From a virus, in the IMG/VR virus record IMGVR_UViG_3300025099_003636, positions 35,620 through 99,619 of that record: a stretch of 64,000 nt of DNA. The stretch is one strand, 5' to 3'. How positions within the stretch are numbered: position 1 is the stretch's first letter; every line of letters begins with the position of its first letter. The notes under the pieces were generated by a model. The model was not told the DNA's origin. It was given only the letters and a program-made list of their open reading frames with translations, and made no database searches. Below are positions 19,632 through 30,200 of this stretch, piece by piece. The position numbers and the translations under genes are program-made.

Positions 19632-20057
19632 TTAGAATTTGTACGATAAACCAAGATTGAAAGTGCCCTCTCTTTCTCCGTTTTCATCTTCTTTTAATCC
19701 CATACTATAGTTTGGTTCAACATTAAGACCTTTCCATACATTATAAGAATAACCAACACCAACAGTTAAGTTGTCCATTGTTTCTTCTGTAGGAGCTTGA
19801 ACAGACACGTATGTGTTTGCGTTCCAGTTGTATCTCCCCCAAAGGTCATAGTTATCGTCACCTTCTGCATCTACACCATTTTTTAGTAAACCTACTGTCC
19901 AAGTATCATTTAACGCATAACCAAAACCAATGTTTTGTGTTATTTTGTCCATAGTTTCCTCTTGGTCACCATCGTAAGTTGTTACTACCATAAAATTTTG
20001 TGCTGAAGCAAGTAATGTTGATAATGCTATAGCGGATGTTAAAAATATTTTTTTCAT
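19632..20057 (-). CDS. Small outer-membrane beta-barrel protein
   Basis: Sec signal MKKIFLTSAIALSTLLASA|Q; amphipathic strands; BAM-type end FNLGLSYKF. Confidence 0.8.
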   Translation of the reverse strand: MKKIFLTSAIALSTLLASAQNFMVVTTYDGDQEETMDKITQNIGFGYALNDTWTVGLLKNGVDAEGDDNYDLWGRYNWNANTYVSVQAPTEETMDNLTVGVGYSYNVWKGLNVEPNYSMGLKEDENGEREGTFNLGLSYKF

Positions 20058-20138
20058 TTTTTAATTTTCTTTTTTAACTTTTATATTTTCGAATTGTTTA
20101 TATAGATGCTCAAAAATACACATCCTTATTTTTACTTT

Positions 20139-20363
20139 TTATTTCTTAGTAAAAAATGATGCTAGTAATACCAATACTACTAAACCAACGAACCCACCAT
20201 TTCCTAAAGAATTGATAAGGCTAGTCAAGTTAGCTACAACATCCATGTTGAAAATAGCACCACCTGTCAATACAAACCAAAGAATTGATACTGGAATAAC
20301 GGCCATTAATATTGAGCCTAATCCACCAAAAAATCCTGTGATATATTTGATTACTGAATCCAT
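20139..20363 (-). CDS. Small two-TM inner-membrane protein
   Basis: Two Gly-rich hydrophobic helices, 74 aa. Confidence 0.65.
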   Translation of the reverse strand: MDSVIKYITGFFGGLGSILMAVIPVSILWFVLTGGAIFNMDVVANLTSLINSLGNGGFVGLVVLVLLASFFTKK

Positions 20364-20617
20364 AATTTTTTTGTTTTTTTTTAAATGTTTATATCACATA
20401 AGTTCCGGTTAACTTAGTGATGATTATACCTTCTTTAACATATGTTTTTAAAGGTTCTTACAATACATACGTCTTTTAATTAAAAAGTCAATAAAAGTTA
20501 TAAAATCCTGGTTTTTGGTGTAAAAATGGGTATTATTGGTGTCATTAGGTACACATCTTACGATATATCGTACTTGATTTTTAAGGGTATTTAACATATT
20601 TTTATTAAAAATAGCTT

Positions 20618-21601
20618 ATGAAACTAAAAATATTAAAGGAACAGAATAAAAATTATAACTTAAGTGTCTTAGATTTTATAAGACTTTTAGACCCTAGTAA
20701 GACTGGCAAATTTCTCCAAATTTTATTAAACGAATTAAAGTCTTATGATAATTCTATTGCTGTTTCACAAGGTAATGTTTGGGAATTAAGTAATCAGGTT
20801 GAGGTGTCTACTGGTGTTAATGAGGAAATAATAAACTTATTGATTGAGTGTCTGGGTGGTGTGGATATTATTAATGACTTAGAAAAATTTGAGGTGTTGT
20901 GTGAGGAAAATTTAATCACTATTAAAGATATACAAGAATATAAATCTTTAGGTGAGATATCTTTGGCTGTAATAGATGCTGAAGAAAAAAGAAAGGGAAC
21001 TTTGCCAAAAAAAAATATTATTTTAGATAATTCTGAATACCTAGTACTTAAACCTTTAAACATATTTGCTTCTAGAAAATATGGTGCATCCACTAAATGG
21101 TGTACTTCCAGTAAAGAACCTAAAACTTTTTATGATTACTCTAATAAAGGGATACTACTTTATATATTATCAAAAGAAAATAATAAAAAATGGGCTGTAT
21201 ATTATGATTTAAAAGATAAAGAACTGTCTTGGTGGAACTCTAGAGATATCTTAACTGATGGTTATCTGGTGGATTTACCTGAAAAACTAAAAAAGGATGT
21301 GTTAAATTACATTTTAAATGAATCCAACCCAAACAGTCATTATTTCGATAAAGAGACTAAATTACTGTCTGAACAAATTTTAATTGGTGTTGTGGATGAG
21401 GATGGTCAATATAATGAAGTTTTAGCTACCCCAGAACCATTTACTGGTATATGGCGTAATGGTGTTAATGGTCCTACCTGGAATCCAGGTGAATATGCGA
21501 CCACAAGTACTGAAGATAGAATAGATGGTTTGGTTAATAAAACATTAGAGTGTCACTACACCATAAAAGCTTTAAATGAGGGTGGTAAAATTATTAACTA
21601 A
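20618..21601 (+). CDS. Phage hypothetical protein with PcfJ-like motif
   Basis: LVLKPL...ASRKYGASTKWCTS...F..Y...LLYI...KWAVY...WWNSRD. Confidence 0.5.
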   Translation: MKLKILKEQNKNYNLSVLDFIRLLDPSKTGKFLQILLNELKSYDNSIAVSQGNVWELSNQVEVSTGVNEEIINLLIECLGGVDIINDLEKFEVLCEENLITIKDIQEYKSLGEISLAVIDAEEKRKGTLPKKNIILDNSEYLVLKPLNIFASRKYGASTKWCTSSKEPKTFYDYSNKGILLYILSKENNKKWAVYYDLKDKELSWWNSRDILTDGYLVDLPEKLKKDVLNYILNESNPNSHYFDKETKLLSEQILIGVVDEDGQYNEVLATPEPFTGIWRNGVNGPTWNPGEYATTSTEDRIDGLVNKTLECHYTIKALNEGGKIIN

Positions 21602-21902
21602 TATAATACTTTAACTTTTCTTCGTATATATATCCTGGTTGAACTCCTTGCATAGATTCTTGTACTTCTCCGTTTTTAATAATTGTTACGTTTGGTATCC
21701 CTCTAACTCCATATCTCGCAGCTAAAGATTTCATTTGGTCAACATTAACTTTTAATATATTATTAGGGTATTGCTCTTTTAATTTATCAATCGTTGGTGT
21801 TAACATTCTACACGGTCCACACCACGGAGCCCAAAAATCCACCAAAATAACTTCTTCATTTTTTAGTTTTTCATTAAAAACTTCTTCATTAATTATATCC
21901 AT
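21594..21902 (-). CDS. trxA: Thioredoxin
   Basis: LVDFWAPWCGPCR, KVNVD, YGVRGIP. Confidence 0.93.
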   Translation of the reverse strand: MDIINEEVFNEKLKNEEVILVDFWAPWCGPCRMLTPTIDKLKEQYPNNILKVNVDQMKSLAARYGVRGIPNVTIIKNGEVQESMQGVQPGYIYEEKLKYYIS

Positions 21903-22096
21903 TTGTTTTATTTTATATTAAGTATACTAGATTTATTCACATAATAAATAGTCAATAGGTTTTGTTATGTCAATAACTTTTATTATCTTTGTAGTATGAA
22001 AAAACAATAAATAATTCACTTAATTTGTAACTACAAAGATAAATTTTACGTATATAATAATACCAACCAAAAGTTTAACCTACTAAATAAAATAAA

Positions 22097-22624
22097 ATGA
22101 AAAATCTACTAACAACACTACTTTTAATACTAACCATAACATCATATGGACAAACTAAATTAGATTCTCTTATATTTGATATGGTGAACGAATATCGTGT
22201 TTCTAACGGATTAACTGCTTGGGTTTGGGACGATAATACTTTTTTAATCGCAGAAAAACACAATGAGTATCAAGTAAAAATATCTGATATTTCACATAAA
22301 GAATTGCAGGATGTTGAAAACCATAAAGAAGTTAGTAGGTTAGCTCATCGTTTTGATTATGTTTTTACAGATTGGATGCGTTGTGGTGAAAATATAGCTG
22401 TTGTTAATACATTAGATTTATCAGTAGAAGAAATTGCGACTACTACATTAGAAATGTGGATTGCTTCACCACCACATAACAGAACACTTTTACAACCAAC
22501 TAAATATGAATATGGTGCTATTAGTTCACATAGTAGTACAAAATGGTCACGTTCTAAGTACTCTCACAGTAATAGTTGGGTTTATGTTACCTTAAATGTT
22601 TATGGGGGGTCTTTACCTAATTAG
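22097..22624 (+). CDS. Secreted CAP/SCP-domain protein
   Basis: Signal peptide; NEYRVSNGL, A..H, SH, GENIA, W.ASPPH...LL. Confidence 0.8.
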   Translation: MKNLLTTLLLILTITSYGQTKLDSLIFDMVNEYRVSNGLTAWVWDDNTFLIAEKHNEYQVKISDISHKELQDVENHKEVSRLAHRFDYVFTDWMRCGENIAVVNTLDLSVEEIATTTLEMWIASPPHNRTLLQPTKYEYGAISSHSSTKWSRSKYSHSNSWVYVTLNVYGGSLPN

Positions 22625-24464
22625 ACATCCAGTTTGTATTGTAACTTGCCATATTATTGTTTACTACATCGTCAATAAGTGGTCCAGTTGCAATACCTAC
22701 AGCCCATCTTCCACCACCTCCACCACCAGAAAAGTCAGGACACTCCATACCCCCTAGTTTTTTCTTCTTTGGACTTTTATTAATCCGTCTAGTTGTAAAT
22801 TTAAATGGGAATTTTAATCTTGTGGTATATTTCTTACTATATTTTTCTTTAGGTACAAACTTTATTTCCCATTGACGTGTAGGTGAAACAATTTTTACAT
22901 CTTCGAAAGTTCCTGGTTCACCTGGCTTCTCATCAGAGTCACCTTCAGGTGGATAAACCTCAATTCCTAAATCTACCATACAATATTTATACTTATCGTA
23001 GTTTGGACAGTTAAATCTACCTTCATCATCTGGTTTACAGTTTTCTAATGGGTCACCGTAATTATCTCTATCATCTTCATTTGTTGTTGCTGAAGGTCCA
23101 CTTCCTTTTGCCATAGTAAAAGGTGATGGTGGGTTTGGTCCACTTGAACCGTCATTATTATAACCACTACTGTCTATCTGTGGTTCTGGTAATGTTACCC
23201 CTATTTTTGCAAATGCGTTATCAATATAAGTTTCTACTGATTTAGCTCTTGCGTCGGATAGTTTCTGGAATGACCAACTTTTAACCGCTCCTCCATTTCT
23301 AGCCCTACTTGCTGATGTCCAAATTTTGTATGATGTTATTTTATATTCGACTCCAGGATTTTCTTTTAAAGATTTTGCAAGAGTGGCAACCGCACCATTA
23401 ATTTCATTTTTTAAGTCTTGGTGTAATTCTGTACTATTATTAACGAATGGTGTGAACTCTTTATCTTGTACACCCATTAATTGTAACCCTAAATCTATAG
23501 AACAAGATTCGGTAGGTTCTTCTCCTTCTGTCTCTATAGGGTCTAGATTTATAATTTCATCTGGACCTTTAACATTTCTTAAGTTTATTTCAGAAAAGAA
23601 TTTTTTAAGTAATTTAAGGTCTGATAATTTTGCTGCACGTTTTTTATTTCTTTTCATTTCTCTCCATTTCTGAAAATACTCTTTAAACAACAGAAATAAA
23701 CCTCGTTTGTCCTCTTCTGTCATAACCCAACCTTTTTCATTATAAGCTTTATCTTCGTTTTTCCACCTTTTTTTAGATTTCCTATCTAACTTTTTATAAA
23801 AAGCTTTCATAAGTTTAGATGTGGAAGCTCTTAAATCATCAAAATCCTCATCTCTTTGTTCTGTATTTTTTAGTCTGTCATTTTTCCATTTTTCCTCATA
23901 TCTTTTATCACTAGCTATTTTTTGTACAGTCCACTTTTCTAAAGCTGTATCATATTCTTCTTTATTTCTTGCAAACATAACTCGTTCACGCAAGTCTAAA
24001 GCTTCAAATTCCGCTACACCCAAGTCTAATATCCTTAACGCTTCACCCAACAAACTTTTATAATTACTCAAAGCACCATAACCTCTTTGTTCAGGGTCTG
24101 CATTTACTTTTTCTTCAAATTTAGGAATGTAATCTTGTAATAACTTTATATAATCTTCTAGATACGGATTTTGTAATTCTTTTACTCCTGGCAAACCACG
24201 GTATTTATTTTTAATAGAAGGTGCTTGGTCAATACCATAACCATCTTTTAATTTTTGTAACAACTCACTGTCCTCTTTAGACCACTCATCACAACAACCT
24301 GGTGCTGTACTACCGTCAGGCATACCGTTATCGTCTATACAAGGACATTCCTTTTCTCTTTCTATACCCATTACAAAATCGGACTCTTTTTGTTCGAATA
24401 TTAAATGGTTTAGTCCCATTATTTCTCTGTTTCTATTTAATTCTTCTAAAAGCTGTTTTTCCAT
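22617..24464 (-). CDS. Class-B leader-bearing protein with OmpA-C-like domain
   Basis: LLEELNRNREIMGLNHLIFE|Q; FVNNSTEL...TSASR...QKLSDARAKSVETYI. Confidence 0.55.
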   Translation of the reverse strand: MEKQLLEELNRNREIMGLNHLIFEQKESDFVMGIEREKECPCIDDNGMPDGSTAPGCCDEWSKEDSELLQKLKDGYGIDQAPSIKNKYRGLPGVKELQNPYLEDYIKLLQDYIPKFEEKVNADPEQRGYGALSNYKSLLGEALRILDLGVAEFEALDLRERVMFARNKEEYDTALEKWTVQKIASDKRYEEKWKNDRLKNTEQRDEDFDDLRASTSKLMKAFYKKLDRKSKKRWKNEDKAYNEKGWVMTEEDKRGLFLLFKEYFQKWREMKRNKKRAAKLSDLKLLKKFFSEINLRNVKGPDEIINLDPIETEGEEPTESCSIDLGLQLMGVQDKEFTPFVNNSTELHQDLKNEINGAVATLAKSLKENPGVEYKITSYKIWTSASRARNGGAVKSWSFQKLSDARAKSVETYIDNAFAKIGVTLPEPQIDSSGYNNDGSSGPNPPSPFTMAKGSGPSATTNEDDRDNYGDPLENCKPDDEGRFNCPNYDKYKYCMVDLGIEVYPPEGDSDEKPGEPGTFEDVKIVSPTRQWEIKFVPKEKYSKKYTTRLKFPFKFTTRRINKSPKKKKLGGMECPDFSGGGGGGRWAVGIATGPLIDDVVNNNMASYNTNWMSN

Positions 24465-24475
24465 TTTTTATTTTT

Positions 24476-24967
24476 TTAATTCCAAAGTATTATTATATCT
24501 TTATCTGTTAGGTCTATTTGTACTGATGTAGGTAATATCGTGTGATACCTCATTTTGTCATCTTTTTCATCCATATAATACCATTTATCTGGGTCATCAC
24601 TCTTAAATCCACCCATATCATCCACTATTATTTCTATACGTTTCTCAGTTTCAACTTTTGTGTAGTCTTCATCGAAAATTTCAATAACCACTTCAAGTTT
24701 TACACTTGTTGTGTATATACTAATATCTTTGATACCCCAACTTCTAATATCCATATCATATCTCCAATTTACTTCACAGTCCATATATGATATATCAAAA
24801 TCTCTACCTTTATATTCAGGGAAATAATCACCCACACCAAATAAGTCTACATCATCTATTTTGGTCGTAAATGAGTTTGGGTCATCAGAAAAATTTCTTT
24901 GTTCTTTTACAATGCTTTCGACAACTTGTGTAAGTTGTGATTCCGATAATTTTATTTTTTTAATCAT
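24476..24967 (-). CDS. Class-A leader-bearing protein
   Basis: MIKKIKLSESQLTQVVESIVKE|Q; TATTTAT at 25007-25013. Confidence 0.65.
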   Translation of the reverse strand: MIKKIKLSESQLTQVVESIVKEQRNFSDDPNSFTTKIDDVDLFGVGDYFPEYKGRDFDISYMDCEVNWRYDMDIRSWGIKDISIYTTSVKLEVVIEIFDEDYTKVETEKRIEIIVDDMGGFKSDDPDKWYYMDEKDDKMRYHTILPTSVQIDLTDKDIIILWN

Positions 24968-25061
24968 ATAATATATTTTATTAGCTGCTAGCAGCTTTGC
25001 TATATAATAAATATAAGCTATATGACTATAATTTATTATAATTTATTATTATAATTAATTT

Positions 25062-25403
25062 ATGAAAAATTTAATTACTTGCCTAATAATCTTTGTTATT
25101 GCTCAGACAATGGTTTGGTTACAATTAAATGGGCAATTTGTGTGGGATTCTTTTAGGAAATATGAGTGGGTCCTTATATTATTTGGTTTACCGATTAGTT
25201 GGTTATTTTTGGAAGCTACTCGTTATGGGGTGGCTGCTTTTGACGGATTATTATGGCCTCAGAGATTCTTAGCCTTCGCGTGTGGGATTGTGATATTTAG
25301 TTTATGTACTTGGTTATTAAAAGGTGAAGGTATTAATACAAAAACACTCATCTCATTGTGTCTTGCGACATCTTTAGTTTTAATACAAATCTTCTGGAAA
25401 TAA
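25062..25403 (+). CDS. Four-TM membrane protein (SMR/DMT-like)
   Basis: 113 aa, four hydrophobic helices, GE....K.LI motif. Confidence 0.55.
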   Translation: MKNLITCLIIFVIAQTMVWLQLNGQFVWDSFRKYEWVLILFGLPISWLFLEATRYGVAAFDGLLWPQRFLAFACGIVIFSLCTWLLKGEGINTKTLISLCLATSLVLIQIFWK

Positions 25404-25431
25404 ACTGTAAGTTACTCACTATTTATATATT

Positions 25432-26625
25432 ATGGATACTAACTTTAAAGACATTATTTTAAGTGAAGGTTATGTAGGTAATATGTTAACTAAAGAACTA
25501 CCTAAAGAACTCGATAATACTTTATTTACACTAATGCATATGTTAGGAGGATTCAGTAGTTCAGATGTTATTTCTTTTGCAAGAAATGCAAACTATAGGG
25601 AACGTAGACTACTAAATAAGATGGTTAATGACCTTAATCTTTATGAAAAACCTTTTGATAAAGAAAAAATTAAAAACTCTTCTAGATATCGTGCTCTAAC
25701 AGTATTTCTTAAGGTAATAGGTGATTCTTCTAATATTAATGAACAACACACTATTAGTCACGAATTACCCGAAGATTTAGACAACCAATTATATTTTCTA
25801 TCGTACTACATTGGTGGTTTTACAACCTCTGATGTTGGTCGTTTTGTTAAATCCTCTACTGATAAACAAATTAGAAAGTTAAGACGTTTACTTAACAGGA
25901 TTCCTTCAGACCAATATGAATTAGTTTCATTAGCTGGTATGCACGACTCCATATATGAAAGTCCGGATTATCAAAAACTAATATCTTTAATCTTGGGTAG
26001 ATTAACTGAAGATGTACAGTATGACTGGGAGGGGTATCCCACTACAGACACTAACCCATATTTTACTAGATATGTGACACCTACCCTAAAAAAACAAATA
26101 TTTACTTACTGGGACAAACATGGTATTTGTTATGATTGTTTAAAATATTTTGGTATTGACGTGGAAGACCCTGGTCCTTTTGACGATATTGCTGACATAA
26201 TATACCCTGTGTTGTACATAGAGTATTTGGGTGGTGTGGAAAATACTGAATTTGGGAAACTGGGTTATTCTAGAACTAATGAAGGTGGTTGGGCATACTT
26301 AAAATTTAAAATAGAACCTATTAGATATGATTACCTGTTTGACGAAAGTGAAAGTTTTGGTGAACAAGGTTACTCTTGTTGGGACATTAGAATTCTTATA
26401 GATAAAGATAGTGACTTGGATTTGCCTGTTAACCCTGAATTTATTGACAACGACTATTCACCTTTTATACAAGACTTATTTCCAGAAAGTTCAAGAAATA
26501 AATTATCTTCTTTTAGGAATTACAATGAGGACCAACAGGAAACTATAGAACTATTATGGGAACATTATGTGGATAGTGTTGATTTTACACATACATTCTG
26601 TCAGGTTGAGGTTATTTTAGTTTAA
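25432..26625 (+). CDS. Modular protein with internal duplication and (I/L)-x-E sites between modules
   Basis: IILSE|G; repeats ELPKELDNTLF..LGGFSSSDV and ELPEDLDNQLY..IGGFTTSDV; TATTTATA 25420-25427. Confidence 0.6.
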   Translation: MDTNFKDIILSEGYVGNMLTKELPKELDNTLFTLMHMLGGFSSSDVISFARNANYRERRLLNKMVNDLNLYEKPFDKEKIKNSSRYRALTVFLKVIGDSSNINEQHTISHELPEDLDNQLYFLSYYIGGFTTSDVGRFVKSSTDKQIRKLRRLLNRIPSDQYELVSLAGMHDSIYESPDYQKLISLILGRLTEDVQYDWEGYPTTDTNPYFTRYVTPTLKKQIFTYWDKHGICYDCLKYFGIDVEDPGPFDDIADIIYPVLYIEYLGGVENTEFGKLGYSRTNEGGWAYLKFKIEPIRYDYLFDESESFGEQGYSCWDIRILIDKDSDLDLPVNPEFIDNDYSPFIQDLFPESSRNKLSSFRNYNEDQQETIELLWEHYVDSVDFTHTFCQVEVILV

Positions 26626-26864
26626 CGACCTACTTTAGAAAACATTCCTTGAAAAATTTCTTCGATAGCCCCTATTACGGCATATTGGTCTTCACCCCAG
26701 TTAGATTTATGTTTATCTATAATTTTATCTACAACAAATCTTAAATCTTTTTCTAGTAAATCCCATTTATCTGGGCCTTCATTTTGCCACCAGTTATCAT
26801 CTTCGTTAATTTTATTAACAATTTTTTTTAACTGTTCTTCTGATATGATTATTTTTTTTGCCAT
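26622..26864 (-). CDS. Class-A leader-bearing small protein
   Basis: MAKKIIISEEQLKKIVNKINE|D. Confidence 0.65.
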   Translation of the reverse strand: MAKKIIISEEQLKKIVNKINEDDNWWQNEGPDKWDLLEKDLRFVVDKIIDKHKSNWGEDQYAVIGAIEEIFQGMFSKVGR

Positions 26865-27121
26865 TTTTTATAAGGTCTAATATAGTAATGTTTAAAAAAG
26901 GTGTCTATCTTTTCCCACCCTAATTTTTTTCTTAATTTATTTTCCCATATTGTTAAGGGACAAACCAATACTGGTGAAAATATTAAATGTAGAATCCAAG
27001 TATTAACCGGTAACCATACCCAGAAAGGTTCCTTTAATATTAATAAAGGAGCTGAAACTAAAAATCCTATAATACCTAAATGGTGGAATAGGACCAAAAA
27101 GTATAGCATAATTTTTAACAT
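26849..27121 (-). CDS. DUF2784-like membrane protein
   Basis: H in TM1, CPLTIWENKLR...FFKHY motif. Confidence 0.65.
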   Translation of the reverse strand: MLKIMLYFLVLFHHLGIIGFLVSAPLLILKEPFWVWLPVNTWILHLIFSPVLVCPLTIWENKLRKKLGWEKIDTFFKHYYIRPYKKWQKK

Positions 27122-27246
27122 TATACCAATACTTTTTGTTTTTTACTCTTTTCTTTTTCCTTAGATAGAGATTTTACGGTTTTAATTAATTTTTCTAACC
27201 TATCATTAATTTCACTGTATGTCATCTTTTTCATATTTTATTTTAT

Positions 27247-30200
27247 TTAGTAAGGATTTTTCTTAGTATATCCTAATCTCGTAAATGATGTATTAGTTCT
27301 TTCTGTAGTACATTGACCTACATTAACTTGTAATAACAATTCTCTAGTTAAATAAGCTAATGGACTATCCTTATATACGTTAGTTCCTGTAATATTATAT
27401 AATGGATACCAAATTTCGTCAGCTGAACAATCTTGTTTACACACTTCTACAGTTAATGGTCCTGAAGTAGTGTACTCATAAGACCACTCACCTTTTTGTT
27501 TTGTTGTTATTACACTAGAACAACACATCGGTATTGGTGAATATTCTCTTCCTTCACCTTCAAACACAACACCATTTACTTGTTGTCCTGGTTCACACCA
27601 CATAAATCCTGCACAACCACTATTTAAACAACCTTCTAAACTATCGTAGAATACTCCACTTGATGGTTTGGTGTCTTGTGGTATACAAGCTTGTTGAGTT
27701 GAACCGTCCACTGGGTTAACTGATGATGCACATGCATAATAAGTTATTTTACTATCTACATTACAATTCGAACTTGTGTATATACAATCATTAGCCGTGT
27801 AAAAATCTTCACTTTGTCCAGTTTCACATTGTACACAACCCGAATCACTTAATTTATATCTTATACTTTTGTCAACTGATTCACCAACCCCACGAGGTTT
27901 AGTAACCTCTTTTACAATCTCCTCCGATTTTTCAAATAAAGTTTTTGTGGTAGTTATAGCACTAGCTTCAACATCAAAATCACCTCTTGCTAATGTTAGG
28001 TCTTCACCTTTTTTATCTATAAAATCTTCTGATGCTATATGAGCAACCATATGGTTAGGTGAACAATTACAATTTACTTCATCCCAATGCCATCCCCAAG
28101 GACATGGTTGTGTATCACATACACATCTACATGCGGTATAACTCCAGTGATACCCTGGAATACATGATACGTTTGGTTGACATGGTCCATGTGGATTACA
28201 TATAATTTCCGCCCATCCAAGTGGACATTTACATGGATTTGCTGTTGGTGACATTTGTATTTGATGTCCTTGTTTATTAACACAACATTTTTTACATGGA
28301 CCTGGAGGGCAACAAATTGGGTCACAAGCTGCTTCTGTAGGATATTGACCGCTAGAACCTAATACTGGATAACAATGACACAAACTATGGTCACAAATAC
28401 ATGGTTCTTGGTAAATCTTTATAACAGGGTTAGATAAAGGTGTGTTAGGTAAATTAAAGTGAATATTTATTTTCTGCATTACAGTACCAAGAGTATCTGA
28501 CATACTAATGGTGTTTATACCGGCTACATTAATACATTGACCGATAAAGTATGCCCACACGTACATTGGTTGTGGACTAACAACCTCACATTTGAAGTAT
28601 GATATTCTCCATTGTGGGTGTGAACCACCATTAGTACTAACATAACACTGACCTGGTTGTGGACTGGTACCTTCAAAAGATATCTGGTCCAGTGTTGTAT
28701 ATTGTAAGTTATTTGATGAATTTGATATGTGGTTAAGTGCTGTTAGTTTATCAAAGACTCCAGGCCATGGCAAATAATGTACAACAGCGTCACAATTATC
28801 AGCTTGTGAACCCACATCACAATTCCATGTGATAACACATCCTGGTGGGTTTGCTGTTGGTGATTGGTTCTGACAATCTGCTAATGCAGTAACTCCTGTA
28901 TATGTTCCAGTACCGTTTCCTGGGTCTATACACCCAGCTATACTTAATTGTGGATTTATTTGACAGTTGTATGTTACAGGTACTGTTATACCTGAAGCAC
29001 ATGACATTTCACTTGCCATAGCAGCTGGCCATTGTATGTTGTCCGCCCCATAAACTTTTTTTGTTACATTATTAGTAAATTGTATAGGTGTGTTATGTAC
29101 TGGTGTTGGTGCAAACTGTAGTACTGGTGTTTGTAGTAACTCATAAACTCTCGCGTCATTAGTTATACCATATACAATATTAGTGTCAGCATCAATAAAT
29201 AAAGAATCAAAGAAAGTTGTTCCTGTAAGAATTGATGATGGGATTACAGCGTCTTGTATTAAAGTACCAGTAGCTGTAAACTTACCTACTTTTTTAGTGT
29301 TTGTGGTTCCATATAATATTATAAACATGTTATTTGAACTCCCTAAACTTCCAGTATATAGTAAATCTCCAGTACAATGTGTACCACTAGGTAGTGTAAA
29401 TAATGTTGTTAGGATACCAGTATTTGTTGATATGTCTATCGTTTGTACTTTTGTATTTGCACAAAGTAGTTTATCAGTCGCGTAATAGGTAAGTCCTTTA
29501 CCAATACCATATGCCGGTACATTAATAGTTCTATTATATGAAACGGAGAATGGTGACATAACCATGTCATATTCTCTTATTTGTGTACCACCACCTGTTA
29601 CAGTATAAATCCATATTTTATTATGTGTTGCTGCTATATCGTTTGTATCATAAGAATTATCACTAAATAAATGTGTTGCTACATCTGTTTGAACATTGTA
29701 GTGTAGGATACCTTCATCATCACCAACAATTAAAACATCACAAATACCAACACTTGGTCCATCACAACAATCATTTTCACATTGTGATAGGTCTCCTGCG
29801 TGGTAGGTACCTGTATGCCCTGTACCGATAACCTTAATACAATCACAATCTGTACAGGCTGTCGCACATTGTGTGTATGTAGTATAAGGTCCTAATGGGT
29901 CTGTAAAACACGTATATGTTGACGGATTACAATCCCAACAAACTGGTAGTCCACATCCTTGACCAACATAATTACAACAACTATTCCAACCAGCATTAGT
30001 GGTTCCCAGTGTAGTACCGTCACAATTTACTGTAGCTGTTGGGTCGTAGTTGGTGGCTGTTGCATCTGTACACCCTATCGCTAATCCAGTAGGGCATCTT
30101 GTTATTAAACTTTTATTTATTAAATAAACATCATTAAATATATTAACTCTATTTGGTGCGTTATCTGGATATGCTAATGGGTTAACTACTGTTTGTAATC

